Below are positions 13,611 to 26,775 of a stretch of DNA of 64,000 nt, one piece after another (position 1 is the first letter of the stretch; each line of letters begins with the position of its first letter). Both the position numbers and the translations under genes were made by a program. The stretch comes from Octopus vulgaris (taxonomy: Eukaryota). The notes under the pieces were generated by a model that had not been told where the DNA came from, made no database searches, and was given only the letters and a program-made list of their open reading frames with translations. The stretch lies in contig OX597830.1 in the NCBI GenBank assembly GCA_951406725.2, forward strand, positions 30,628,001 to 30,692,000. Reading direction: 5' to 3'.

Positions 13611-14029
13611 ACTGAGAGATGTTTTTTATAGTCTTGTATTCATATATATTTCTTGTTTTTTTTTTTGGTTCTTTTTTGGTAGATATCTCATAAGAATGAG
13701 TTGAGTGAAACTGGTAACTTAATGACTAATTACAGATTAGAAGCCATAAATGTATAATGTCATAGTTGAACAAGTTATGAACATTATACATCAAAGGTTA
13801 AAGTTTATTACAACAACACTGCAGCAAATAAACTAAATTAATAAGGAAGTACAAATTGCACTGCAAATCGCATAGAAAAAAAATAAGGAAAAATAAATGC
13901 TAGCAAATAAATAAAAAGAGAAAAAAAATTGAAAATACAGTTGCATCTTGGTAGAGTCTGGAGTCATTGTAAACACTAGAAAGACACATACACTATTGTT
14001 TTAAATAATTCTTCTATAAATGGTGTACG

Positions 14030-14228
14030 TGGAGGCGCAATGGCCCAGTGATTAGGGCAGTGGACTCGCGGCTTCGATTCCCAGACCGGGCTTTATGTGT
14101 TTTTATTGAGCGAAAACACCTAAAAGCTCCACGAGGCTCCGGCAGGGGGGGGGCGATCCCTGTTGCACTCTTTCGCCCCAACTTTCTCTCACTCATTCTT
14201 CCTGTTTCTTGAGTAACGCTGCGATGGA
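14030..14228 (+). mobile_element. tRNA-derived SINE family D, 5' part
   Basis: GGAGGCGCAATGGCCCAGTG head, TTCGATTCCC B box; matches 54495 (-) copy. Confidence 0.75.
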
Positions 14229-14229
14229 C

Positions 14230-15370
14230 CTAACCATGGTCCTATAGGCAGTTCTTTTTAATGTGGCCTGGCTACAGGCACGAGTGATACTTGGGGGGGG
14301 GGTGTCCCTCAAGTATCACCGGATACCCGTAGCCAGCCATTTTTCAAAAAATCTGGAAAAACCAGATCTGTTGCGGGCGATCGGCTCCACAGGGTCAAAA
14401 TCGCTTTTGACCCTTCCCAATCGACCGCCGGCAATACCCTTACATTTAAGAGCCTGGGCCTGCTATTCCCCAGTCCCCGTTGGATGGTATCTTCAATCCA
14501 GCCCGCCTCGGTGCCTGAGGGAACCCACATACCCAGGCTCTTATTAATTTCTTCCTGCAGTACGACGGAAGGAACAGAATTTCGTTGCCCTCAAAGGGCT
14601 GACTTCCGGTTGTCAAACAGCAACCATACTGTTGCATATTTGACACCAAGGAATATGTATTTCACAGAGGGCAAATAATCTTCCAGTTCATTTTCTATAA
14701 CTGGTTTTGGGAAGACGGTGATGGAATCAAGAACTTTAAAATAAGTTCTAACTACCACCGTTCTCTCTTCCACATCTTTTAACCACTGCTTGGGTAGGAC
14801 AATCTCTCACTCAAAAGCAGTGGCACCATTCTTTATCGTCATGAGGAAGAAAGTTCAGATGTTCACAAACATAGAAATACACTAAAGAAAAAAAGGCCGA
14901 ACGAAAAATAAACAGTAAAATATAAGACAAAAGAAAACAAAAAGGACAGTTCAAAAATTAGAAGGAAAAACACGGAAGAAATAAAAATATGGTTCCAAAT
15001 GGTAACAACACAATTCCGGCCACAGGTGCTCCTGGCCCTCTTCTTTGGCTGGTACTCCGAGCTGGAATCTTAAATCCACAGAAGACGAATCTTCGCCACA
15101 ATGGGCCACAAAAATTTTCAATGACTGGAACAAACTTCAATCTTTGGGCGGGGATACACACCCAACATTTTTTTCAACAAGCAATAATCACAATAGCCGC
15201 GGAGAGCAGGCGAAATTGTCCCAGAGCTGGGGGAAAGTTACTGAAAAAAATTCCAAAACAATAAATCACGCCCAGCTCAAAACAAACAAAATCACCTACC
15301 TCGAACGGACCTCTTAATTTTCAGTTTTAGGACGGAGCGCACTAGCTCACGTCCTCCTTGTTCAAGTGTT
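14230..15370 (-). mobile_element. L1/Tx1-like LINE 5' region with decayed ORF1 (zinc-knuckle remnant)
   Basis: Minus translation ..FLPSYCRKKLIRAW..VPSGTEAGWIEDTI..GWLRVSGDT*GTPPPKYHSCL*PGHIKKNC; upstream limit is uncertain. Confidence 0.6.
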
Positions 15371-16111
15371 GAAGCAAAACACCAATGCGCATGTGCGGCG
15401 TAAGCAAGCTACTTACCACACAGCCACTCCTGCACATTGTATAAATTGTGGCTATACAACCTTGTCAAATGATTTGTCTTCTTAAAGTTTATGACTGAAA
15501 ACACGTTGGACCTCATTTCTTAACGATAATTAGGACATGATTACAAGAGTAAAGGTTAGTTATTTCTTCTTTTTTTTTATGGTATCATATTAAATATGCA
15601 CGTGAACAGCAGCGTGTTGTAGAAATAATAGAGTGATGGTTATAGTGTCATGCGGTAATTATTTACGTCCCTTTGTGTTCGGAGTAGAAATCGCGCCGGG
15701 TTGACTTCGCCTTTCATTCATGCGGAAGTTGAAACAATCAGCGATGCTAACCTTAACAATAAAACATTCTAGGTTAATTAAAATTTTTACATATTTGAAA
15801 AGGAAAAGGAGCTAAGAGAAAATAACTGAAAGGGGTCAGAAACATGAATTTGGATGAAAATGCTGTACGACACATTCTTAATTTATTAAAATTTCGCTCA
15901 ACAAATAGAGATCGGGAAAATTATACCGGATTGAAATAAGTTCTAGGGTGGTTGATATGATCGATTTAAACCCCTGGAAACTGTTTTCCAGGATGTCCGC
16001 AGTCCATTGACTGAAACCAGTAGAATAATTATGTATTTCACATGGCAGACTGACCTCACTTCGGAGATTTGAATGAAAATACGATAATAAGGGAGAGAAA
16101 GAAATGAAGGT

Positions 16112-16154
<43 letters not shown>

Positions 16155-16959
16155 AAGAGAGAGAGAGAGAGAGAGATGTGGAGGTAGAGAAGTGTAAGTA
16201 ATCAAAGAAGAAACAGTATGAGAGAAGGGAAAGCAGAAAAAGAAGACGGAATTAATAAATTAGGGATGATGAAGATGGTGGTTGTGGCGGTGCTGAAGAT
16301 AGTGGTACTGATGATGACGATGACAACGATGATGATGATAAGAAGAAGAAAAGAATGAAAGAAAGAAAGAGTGAAGGAGAGAGAGAGATACTTACTATGC
16401 GTCTCGTTGTGATGAAATGAATGCCAGAATCGTGTGGTAATTGGGCAATTTAAAACAGCTCCTAAGACCAAAGGCCTGTAATGAAAGGGAACACTAATAG
16501 CAGACCCTATCAAAATATGTAGCGGGAGTAGGTGAGGGGGGGCGTCAACGGTAGGCAGTGGTGGGGAGAGAAGTAGTAGTGGTGGTGGTGGTGGTGGTGA
16601 AGGTGGTGGCTTTGAGGGCAAGAAAGTCGGGTGACGGGTGATGGTTGTTGTGTTGATAATGTCAGACTCCAACAGAATAACTTCTTTGATAATCTTTCCC
16701 TTTTAAGACGCGAAGAAAAACAAGAGGTTTCCAAAAGAGGTTAGCATGGCAAAGGTAAAAAGAAAGACGAGGTGGTGTTGGGTGTGGGGTGCGGGGTGCG
16801 GGGTGGGGGTCGGGTGTGAGGGGGGGGGGGGGAATTGGGTTGGGGGGGTAGCGCAATGGAGGAGTGCAGACAGTTGGAGAGTCGTTGGTGTCGGTAAGGG
16901 TACTACGCTGTGCTGTGCTGCGATATTCACGATAGACATACACGTACGTGGTGATAGAG

Positions 16960-17360
16960 GTAGTGGTGGTGGTGGTGGTGGTGGTGGTGGTGGTGGTGGT
17001 GGTAGCGGTAGTGGTGGTGGTGGTGGTGGTGGTAGTGGTGGTGGTGGTGGTAGCGGTAGTGGTGGTGGTGGTGGTGGTAGCAGTAGTGGTGGTGGTGGTG
17101 GTGGTGGTGGTGGTGGTGGTGACGGTGGTGGTGGTGGTGGTGGTGGTGGTGACGGTGGTAGTGGTGGTGACAGCGGCGTCGGTGGCGGCGGCGGCGGCGT
17201 TGGTCATCGACACCGTGATGACGGGGGTGGCGGGGTGGTGGTAGTGATGGTGGCGGCGGTGTTGGTCATCGGAACCGTGATGGCGGTGACAGCGGTAGTG
17301 GTGGTGGTGGTGGTGGTGGTGGTAGTGGTGGTGGTGGTAGTGGTGGTAGTGATTGTGGCA
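16960..17360. repeat. (GGT)n trinucleotide repeat
   Basis: Direct reading. Confidence 0.95.
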
Positions 17361-17594
17361 TAATGGGTACATGCTTTGTGCTGAGGGTGATGAGGGGGTG
17401 GATGGCAGTTCTGTTGTTCTTCGAAATCATTATTCAACTTTTGCTTGATTATGAATATGTCTGATAGTCGCCCTCCATAATCGCCGTCATCATCATAATC
17501 ATTGTCATAAACCGCATCACCATTGCCGTCGTTGTCATCATCCTTACCACCTCACAATTACTGCTATGAATATCACCAACACAACCACAGCCAT

Positions 17595-17598
17595 CAAT

Positions 17599-17643
<45 letters not shown>

Positions 17644-17827
17644 GTCATCATCATCATCGTCGTCATCGTCGTCATCATCAATATCATCATTATCATCATT
17701 ATCATCATCATCATCATTATCATCATCATCACATCCTTACATCATCATCATCATCAACATTGACGTCATCGTCATCATCTTTGTAGTCACCATCATTATT
17801 ATCGTCCTCTCCTCTTCACCATCATTA

Positions 17828-17859
<32 letters not shown>

Positions 17860-17890
17860 CCATCATCATCACCATCATCATCATCATTAC
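17595..17890. repeat. (CAT)n trinucleotide repeat
   Basis: Direct reading. Confidence 0.95.
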
Positions 17891-18089
17891 TACCCCCCAC
17901 CATCATCACCAGCTCTACCAGTAACATCCCCACCACCACCACCATAACTACCGGTATCATCATCAGCCACCATCATCGACATCGTTACTATAATCAATGT
18001 CCTTCTTTCTCTCCCTATTTTTTGATTAAACATCGATCTGTCAATGTAAGCACATTACTTATGTGTATCTGTATCTCGTTGCATGGGCA

Positions 18090-18360
18090 CAAAAACCAGA
18101 AGAGGTCTCTTTACACACCTCATATATCTCCCTTGCTGGTGCTCTTCGTAGAGTAAGCTTCACTGGCCACACGCTATCGTGCTGAAAGACAGATCATATC
18201 TTATCGGACCCAGACAAAAAGCAGTGATAACCGGCTACATTGATGGTGTAGCAAGAGATGCACAACATGAAAATGGTGAGCTACCAAGGCTGTTGGAGGA
18301 TAGGGGTTCTCGGAGAGTCATTAAGAACCACATCTTAGCTGCAGCCAGTTCAAGGCGAAA
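18090..18360 (+). mobile_element. RTE-clade LINE ORF C-terminal remnant
   Basis: RRVSFTGH / YRAERQIIS / GYIDGVARD..GELPRLLEDR resembles RTE C-termini; frameshifted. Confidence 0.55.
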
Positions 18361-18414
18361 GACATCTGGTGTTTTCATTTGTTAAAGTATTCATTTATAA
18401 TTCTATATTTTTGT

Positions 18415-18755
18415 GAAGGTGCATGGCTCAGTTGTTAAAGTGTTGGGCCCACAATCACGAGGTAGTGAGTTCGATTCCCGGATCGGGCTGTGTGTTGTGT
18501 TCTTGAGCAAGACACTTTATTTCACGTTGCTCCAGTTCACTCAGCTGTAGAAATAAGTCGCGATGTGGCTGGTACCAAGCTGTATCGGCCTTTGCCTTTC
18601 CCTTGGATAACATCGGTGGCGTGGAGAGGAGAGGCTAGTATGCATGGGTGACTGCTGGTCTTCCATAAAACAACCTTGCTCGGACTTGTACTTCGAAAGG
18701 GTATTTTCTAGGTGCAATCCCATGGTCATTGATGACCAAAGGAGATCTTTACCCG
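18415..18755 (+). mobile_element. SINE family C-type
   Basis: A box TGGCTCAGTTG, B box GAGTTCGATTCC, TTCTTGAGCAAGACACTTTATTTCACG; 3' part recurs at 49195-49365. Confidence 0.8.
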
Positions 18756-18794
18756 TTATTTCTAAGATGAGGACACATCTCTGACAAATGTTGT

Positions 18795-19096
18795 TGCTTG
18801 TTCCTTCTCGAGCCATGCCTGGCTCATAAGGGCCGGTTTCCCGGTTTCATTGGCGTGTATGTGCCCCACCTGGATGGGACGCCGATCCGTAGCAGGTGAG
18901 CTGCTAATACAGGCAGAAAGAGTAAGAGAAATATGTGGAGAAAGAGTCAGCAGAAGTTCGCCATTACCTTCTGTCGGAGCCGAGTGGAGCTTAGGTGTTT
19001 CGCTTATAAATACAAACATCGCTCCGGTCTGAGATTCGAACCCGCGATCTTTCGATCGCGAATCCGATGCTCTAACCACGAAGCTATGTACCTCCA
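18795..19096 (-). mobile_element. SINE family D-type
   Basis: Minus head ..GTGGTTAGAGCATCGG..GGTTCGAATCTC; tail GGAAACCGGCCC..ATGAGCC shared with 54495 copy. Confidence 0.75.
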
Positions 19097-19229
19097 CTCT
19101 CCGACTAATACATAATATAAATTCTTCATCTCAGAAATATAGAATTGTTTTATCCAAGCGACACGGAACCGACATAAGACAACAATGGAGCTCTATAAGC
19201 CTTAAAAATTCTCTCTAACACTGCTTACA

Positions 19230-19400
19230 GGCATAGCGTGGTGGATAAAGGCAATGAAATTCAGTGCAGTCACCTAGCGGGTTTTGAGTTCAATTCCCAG
19301 ACAAAACACTAAGGTGAATCACGAGGCACAGGAAAAAGACTGGTGCTTACGTAACCGAAACGTAGTGAAAGCAAAAAGGGAGATGAGGACACCACTCCAC
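19230..19400 (+). mobile_element. Diverged tRNA-headed element with hammerhead remnant (family H relative)
   Basis: A box TAGCGTGGTGG 19234, B box GAGTTCAATTCC 19286, then CAC..GGT..ACC-GAAAC-GTA-GTG..AGATGAGGACA; CTGANGA core missing. Confidence 0.5.
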
Positions 19401-19556
19401 TCTGGCCAGTAGTAAAGTAGTCATTTGTGTTTCCTACAGATTTAACATTCCAGTACTTTTTTACGGTGTGGTGGCTTGTGTGGATCAATTCTCCTGTGAG
19501 CTTTGCTAATGGAACATATTTTCTTGGCAGGGCCTCCAATGCTAGTTAGTTGAAAG

Positions 19557-19660
19557 TAGTGTTTCTCAACCGGGATCCCCCCGGTACCCTAGGGTTCCGC
19601 AAAAGGTTCTTAGATGTTCCGCGAGAAAGAGTGAGATAAGCTAATGCTAATTTCATGGTA

Positions 19661-19708
<48 letters not shown>

Positions 19709-19773
19709 CATTATTATTATTATATATTTACCACATGAACTACGATGAAATAATAGGAGAAATATATATATAT

Positions 19774-19831
<58 letters not shown>

Positions 19832-20100
19832 TTAGCTCCTACACTCATTTTTTTCTCTCCTTGTTTTTTTTCTGTGTATCTTTCTGTCGAAGAGCGTAGG
19901 CTCGAAACGTAAAAGACTTTTTCTATTCCTGAGCGCTATACTAATACATTTGTTTGCTTGTACTCCACCTGCCTTCGTCTTTTGTTTATTTTCATAAACT
20001 TTCCCTTTATATATATATATATATATATTGTGCAGGGGTTCTTTGAGACATTCAATTTATTTTAAGGGTTACGCAAGGTTAAAAAGGTTAAGAAACACTG
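19557..20100. mobile_element. hAT (Charlie-like) MITE with nested microsatellites and hammerhead element
   Basis: TIRs tAGTGTTTCTCAACC / GGTTAAGAAACACTG; 8-bp TSD not preserved. Confidence 0.65.
19879..19916 (+). ncRNA. Minimal hammerhead-like motif in TA-bounded element (about 19830-20010)
   Basis: TCTTT-CTGTCGA-A-GAGC(GTAG)GCTC-GAAAC-GTA-AAAGA; core variant A6U. Confidence 0.6.
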
Positions 20101-20299
20101 CAAAATGATAGAAGACAGACCACCTCTCTCCAGAAGTAAAAATTGGTTCGCGTAGGACCAAAGGAAGTTACTGAAGCATCAATGACAATCCAAGACCAGG
20201 GAGATTAAAAGACAGTCCTTAGTCGAGAACAATGGAGAAAAGTTGTCGATGAGCGAAGGTCTCAAGTAAGAGTACATATCTAATATTGCTGTTGTTCTT

Positions 20300-20429
<130 letters not shown>

Positions 20430-20802
20430 TGTGTATGACGATGCTAAATATGAATATCGATTCCATGATATCTATTGAAAAGTGATCAGTATTATTTATA
20501 TGAATTAGGGGATAGCGCTCTAGAAAATGTTATTCTTTACTCGCGGGGAAATTAGTGGGGCATAAATTTTCTATGAATTCACAAAGGTCATAAATGTAGC
20601 CCCTTTCTTCAGACAAATCATAAAAACAATTTTTTAAAAAATCAAAGCTTATTCGCATTTTCAGCAATTGGTTGCGCATTCTACTCAGCTACAATCAAAA
20701 TATAAATTAGTGCAATGCAGAGAAAGAGGGAGAGAGAGAGAGAGAGACAAACAAAGGAAATTACATATAGATATAGATATATAGATATGTGTGCACACAT
20801 AC

Positions 20803-20889
<87 letters not shown>

Positions 20890-21293
20890 GGATGGATGGA
20901 TAAAGAATTAGTGAATGAGTGTGTAGAGAGGTAAGGATGGTGGGAGGTATTGCTCATCTTCAAACTGAATCAGAAATCAGATGTGGACCGTTCCAATACG
21001 GAAGGATACGGCCGGCTTTATAATTAGCACCTTGTTAACAGTTATATATTAATGGAACCCTCCAAGACAAAGAAGGGAAGGGGGGAATCAAGTAAGAATA
21101 CAAAGAGAAAATGAGAGAGTAAAAGCTATATATAACACTTGATAGAGAGAGAGTGAGATAGAGAGATAGAGAGACAGAGAGTGAGATAGAGAGATAAAGA
21201 GACAGAGAGTGAGAATTATTTATAATAGTTGACAGAGAATGTGAAAGAGAAAAACAAAGAGAGTAAGAACAAAAGAGATAGCTAACGAGTGAG

Positions 21294-21328
<35 letters not shown>

Positions 21329-21902
21329 AGTGGGGTGCGAGAGATGGAGATTAAAGGAACATGAAACAAGAGAAAGACAAAGAAACATGAAGAAACAAAG
21401 AGAAAGAACGAGAGGTAAAAAGTAAAGAGTATGGTAGATTATGAGAGAGAGAAAAAGAGAGAGAGAGAGAGGGGTGGGAGAGAGAGAGAGAGATGGAAGA
21501 TTGTAAGTAAGTGATAGGTAAGAAGTGTTAGAATTAAAAAAGAGAGTGAGAGAGACAGACAGAGAAGCTCAAAGGGGAGAGGGGGTTGCGAGTCAAACAA
21601 AGAAGAGAAAAAAGAGATAGGAAGAAAGATAGAACAGAGAGAAAGAGAAAGTGATGGGTGAGATGGGATCCGAAAGAATAGAGAGTGAATGAAATTGAGT
21701 ATATCAGAGAGAGAGAGAGACAGACAGACAAACAGGCAAGCAGACAGACAAACAGGCAAGCAGAGACAAGAAATGAAGGAAAGAAGAGATGAAGGGAAAA
21801 TAAGCGATAGAATGAGGGTGAGAAGCAGAGAGAATCAGAAAGATATTGTGAGGATGAGGGAGACGAGAAAGAAGAAAGATATTAGGAGAAAGAGAGAGTA
21901 TT

Positions 21903-21941
<39 letters not shown>

Positions 21942-21947
<6 letters not shown>

Positions 21948-22560
21948 ATAATGATAGAGAAACTGAAGAAAGGAACCAGAGAATGAGAGAGACAGGCGGA
22001 TAGACAAATAGTCAGAATGAGAGAGAGAGAGAGAGAGAGACTAAAGCAAGTGAGAATCAGAGAGAGAGAGGGGGGTTAGTGATAAGAGAGAGTGAGCACA
22101 AGGGGGGGGGGCTAGAGGGAGATAGATAGAGACAGAGAGAGTTAGAGAGAGAGAGAGAGACTGATAATGATAGAGAAAATGAAGAAAGGAACCAGAAAAT
22201 GAGAGGGACAAGCAGATAGACAAAGAATCAGAATGAGAGAGAGACTAAAGCAAGTGAGAATCAGAGAGGGAGAGAGGGGGTTAGTGATAAGAGAGAGTGA
22301 GCACAAGAGTGGGAGGCTAGAGAGAGATAGATAGAGACAGAGAGAGTTAGGGAGAGAGAGAGAGACTGATAATGATAGAGAAAATGAAGAAAGGAACCAG
22401 AAAATGAGAGAGACAAGCAGATAGACAAAGAATCAGAATGAGAGAGAGACTAAAGCAAGTGAGAATCAGAGAGAGAGAGGGGGGTTAGTAATAAGAGAGA
22501 GTGAGCACAAGGGTGGGGAGGCTAGATATAGATAGATAGAGACAGAGAGAGTTAGGGAGA
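21942..22560. repeat. Purine-rich minisatellite, about 205-bp unit x3
   Basis: CTGATAATGATAGAG..CTAAAGCAAGTGAGAATCAG..GTGAGCACAAG repeated three times. Confidence 0.9.
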
Positions 22561-23121
22561 GAGAAAGAGGGAGTTAGGGAGAGAGAAAGAGGGAGGGAGA
22601 GTCATCGGGTTCAAATGAATGGACTCAGTGTCAGCGACGAAAACTCTGATGTTAAATGAAACAAAAGAAATGAGGAAACAGCAAATTACAAAGCGTAAAC
22701 TGGAAAGGTTTAGAGAAATACCGTCCGTCCATGGCCACCACCGAGCCTCTCATCCACCTTCATTACCTCAACATACTACTACTACTACTACTATTACTAC
22801 TACTACTGGAAGAAGAAGAAGAAGAAGAAGAAGAAGACGAAGAACGGCAACACAACACAACCCTCCACCCCCCTCCACCCCCGTCACCTAAACAATCAGC
22901 CGCTATACATTATCATCACTCCCCGATACTCCGCTACACCCTCCTCCTCTCCCCACCACCACCACCACCAACCATTCTTCCTTCTAATTTCTCCTTTAAT
23001 TATCGCCTACCCATTTACAACACGCATTGATGTTGTATATATATGTGTGTGTGTGTGTGCGTATACATAAATATGGATGCATACACGTGTATATATATAT
23101 ATATAGAAACATGTACATGTA

Positions 23122-23159
<38 letters not shown>

Positions 23160-24256
23160 CACACACACACATATGCTTATATATTCGTATCGTGCGTTCT
23201 TTTGATTTTCATCCTTTCAATTATCTCCCTTGCTATGTTCATTATTATTATTATCATTATTATTATTATTATTATTATTATCATCATTATTATTGACCCT
23301 CCTCCACCTTTCCCTCCCACCTCTCCTCATCTTCCTCCTCCTCCTCCTCCTCCTCTTCCCTCACTCCTCATTCTTCTTCAACGACATCATACAACAACCA
23401 ATTCCTCCAAAGCCAAACCCGAACCCCCAAACCCTATCCGTCGCACTACAACCCCCCCCCACCCACACTTCCCTCAGGTTCATCACCCACCCGCTCGCTA
23501 CCAGTTTCTTTTGTTTACGTCTAGTTAGGGATTAGACTTGACCTTCTCGCATGTACACTTCCTCTTTCTTCTGCAAAAGGATCAAATGTTAGGAATCCCA
23601 TACACTTTGGTAAACACCCGCTGGTGATGGATATTATAAAAGAACCCTTTTTTTTCCCCTCCACTTCTGTTCAAAGAATTAAAGTGGGCGCAAAGAGGAA
23701 CTCTTGCAAGCTGTGGTGTCTCTAAGTGCATACTTAAAAACGAATGGTACCTATCTACGTATGCATTCATGCCTCCATGTATGTACCTTTATATATACAT
23801 GTATGTATGTATGTATGTATGTATGTATGTATGTATGTATTTATCTGACCATGTGGAATGCATTGTTAGTAATTGCAAACAGAAATTCCAGCATGTCATT
23901 GAATCTGTGTGTGTGTGAGTGTGTGCATTTTTTTGTTGTTACGATATACGTCTCTGCGTTCATATATATATATGTATATATAAGTATGTATTTGCATATG
24001 TACGTGTACTTCCTTGTTCATGCGTTTGTACGTATATATGCATATTTGAGTGTTCATATGTAGATTGAATTATGAATGTGCGTGCTTGCATGTAGCTTGC
24101 TATGAATGCATATATGTGTTCTTAGGTTATATGTATGTATTTTGTATGTCTATATCTACCTATCAATTCGTCTATGTCTTGCGTTAATCTTTCATAAAGG
24201 CACTGTCGGAACATACGGCATATCTTTGATAAATTTTAAACTCTACAGAAACCCAA

Positions 24257-24347
24257 CCCTCTCCACGTGTGTCCTTCCCTCTCCTCGTTTGTCCACCCTT
24301 CTCCACGTTTGTCCATCCCTCTCCACGTTTGTCCATCCCTCTCTACG
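24257..24347. repeat. 20-bp tandem repeat CCCTCTCCACGTTTGTCCAT, about 4.5 copies
   Basis: Direct reading. Confidence 0.85.
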
Positions 24348-24740
24348 ATTGCTTTCAGAAAGTTCACAATGAAACTTTATTCGACCCCGAAAAGAAGAAA
24401 AGCAAACTAGTCCTTGACGGATTTTGAACTCAAAGATCTGAGAACATGAACGAATATCACAAGTACATTTATCCGACGTACTAGCGACTCTACTAAAATT
24501 GTAAGCATGTATGTATACTTGTTCTTCAATTTCCCTTTTTTAATTTAGAATAAATTTTGACCGGCAACCTACATGGTAGCAAGTTTGTGAAGGAAAGCAT
24601 CTTGTTTTGTCCATCGTCCTTTAAGTCTTGCAGATTTATATAGTCTCAGATATCCTGATCATTAGCAGTGTATGAATTAAGGATTTCGAGAGAGAAAAAG
24701 TGATGGATAGATGGATGGATGGATGGATGGATTGATGGAT

Positions 24741-25100
24741 GTCATTATTCAGTTTATTTCAAAATTTCTGGCCAATAGAGAAAGAACCGGCTTCTAACCT
24801 AAATCCTAGGTTCCTTCATTGGAATTTCAACATCAACAACAGGATATTTTTGTTTGTAGGTATGTATGTGTATATGTATGTATGTATGTATGTATGTATC
24901 TATGTATCTATGTATGTATGTGTGCAGATTTGTATGTTTTATGTATGTATTCTCATACATATAGTTACATGTCTAGACATGCTTATATAAATTTAAATGA
25001 TAAACTTCTGGAAAGTTTTACAGATTTTTACAGTTCCAGTGGCGGATAGGATCTGTGGTCTTCAAATAAGCTTTCTCCTTTCTGGTTTTGAGAAGCCTTT
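24741..25100. mobile_element. Dispersed repeat E (unclassified), copy 1
   Basis: High similarity to 46082-46450 including internal (TATG)n. Confidence 0.75.
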
Positions 25101-25104
25101 AGGC

Positions 25105-25135
<31 letters not shown>

Positions 25136-26065
25136 CATGCATTCATGCATGTGTATGTGTCTGCGTTTCTTGTTGGGTTATGAGTCTGTATGTAGCCTGA
25201 ATGAAGATAGAAACATAATCATATCGATGAATGTTACTGCAGATATAATCACTCACAAGTTAATTTCTATGAGGCATCTGTAACTGTACATTCTCTTTTA
25301 TAGACGAGTCCTTGCTGTCTAAACCGGTAACCCCGTTGAGTTCACCCCTGGGAGAGATTGAGGGGCCTTGTAGCACTAAATATAGCAACTGTCAAATCGG
25401 TGGATGTCTCAGGCTGTCTTCGCTCTTCAGCAAACGAAAAGTGATAAGGCAGGCTGGACAGGATATGACACCAATATATTCCTGCAGCATATCGTCTGAG
25501 TGTATTTGTGTCATGGATAGAGGCGATCTGAAGACCTAGCACCATGTGGATTGAACTCGTAATTCGTGAATCGTGACCCTATCTCCACACGTATTAAGCT
25601 CGCTAACGATTGACCCATGATTTCAAACTATCTTCAAAGCCCTACAGCAAATTCACGAGGGGTAGCGGAGATAGGATTGATATGTCCGGAAATCATTAGT
25701 CTTCGGTTTCAACTGGACACACTGGCGTCGAACATGTCAACAACATTGATGATGAAACACTTAAAATGTCTTCGACAACGAAAATGTGAGAAGAGGAACG
25801 AAGAGACAGACAGACAGGGAGACAGGGAGACTGACTGTCAGACTAACACACAGATGGAGTAAAAGATGCATTGCTATTCCAGTGCTAAGAATAAATCCTA
25901 TAGACCTTTTGACAATGATAAAAATTCTAGAAAAGTCTCAGAAAACCGAAATATCCTTGGAGTTGTCTCGAGCACTTTTCAAAATAATATTATAATAGTA
26001 TTTAATATTTTTAAATTACATTATGTAAATAATTTTCTAAATATATCTATGCGCGTTATATACGC

Positions 26066-26224
26066 ACGCAAGAGTGGCTCTGTGGTAAGACCACACGGTC
26101 ACGGGGTTCAATCCCACCGCGCGGCACCATGCGCAAGTGTCTTCTACTATGGTCTCGGGCAGGTCAAAATCCTTGTGAGTGGATTTGGTAGACATAAATT
26201 GAAAGAAGCCCGTCATATAAATAA

Positions 26225-26275
<51 letters not shown>

Positions 26276-26605
26276 GGAACAAAAACGCAATAGAGCACGA
26301 TAAAATATCCGGACAGATAGACGATACAAAGGCAGACAGAAAAAACAACAATTTGAGGGACAGGAAAAAAAAGGCGGGTCATTTGTGACCTTCTTTCGTC
26401 AGTCAAGTTACCAGATGTCCATACACTTTCGGGCAATATATATCCAAGTCTGTATTCGGTCCCCGGCTCCACGGCTTGTTGGTGTGTTTGTCTCCGCAAC
26501 CTAGTGGTTCGTCTTAAAAGGTCGACAGAATAAGTACCAGGCTAAAAACAATGTACTGGGGTCGTTACATTCTACTGTAAATTCTACAAGGCGGTGCCCC
26601 AGCCA
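26066..26605 (+). mobile_element. Diverged SINE family A, interrupted at its internal (TA)n by an insert of about 190 bp
   Basis: A head to GCCCGTC, foreign 26272-26460, then 3' half ..GAATAAGTACCAGG..GGCGGTGCCCCAGC. Confidence 0.65.
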
Positions 26606-26737
26606 GTCGCTTCTTGAAGACGAACTAGCAGAAACCAAAATATTCGAAGTTACAGTCAACATTATTCTTTAAAATGCTTATGCATGCGTGTGAGTATATA
26701 TGCATATATATATGTGTGTATGTGTGTCTGTGTGTGC

Positions 26738-26775
<38 letters not shown>

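Noticed and set aside
14972-15001. TEEIKIWFQM, homeobox helix-3 look-alike
   Set aside because: Lacks N51/R53 and upstream helices; lies in the presumed LINE 5' region.
16662-17437. Gly-rich/Thr-rich 200-aa ORFs
   Set aside because: (GGT)n repeat open in several frames on both strands.
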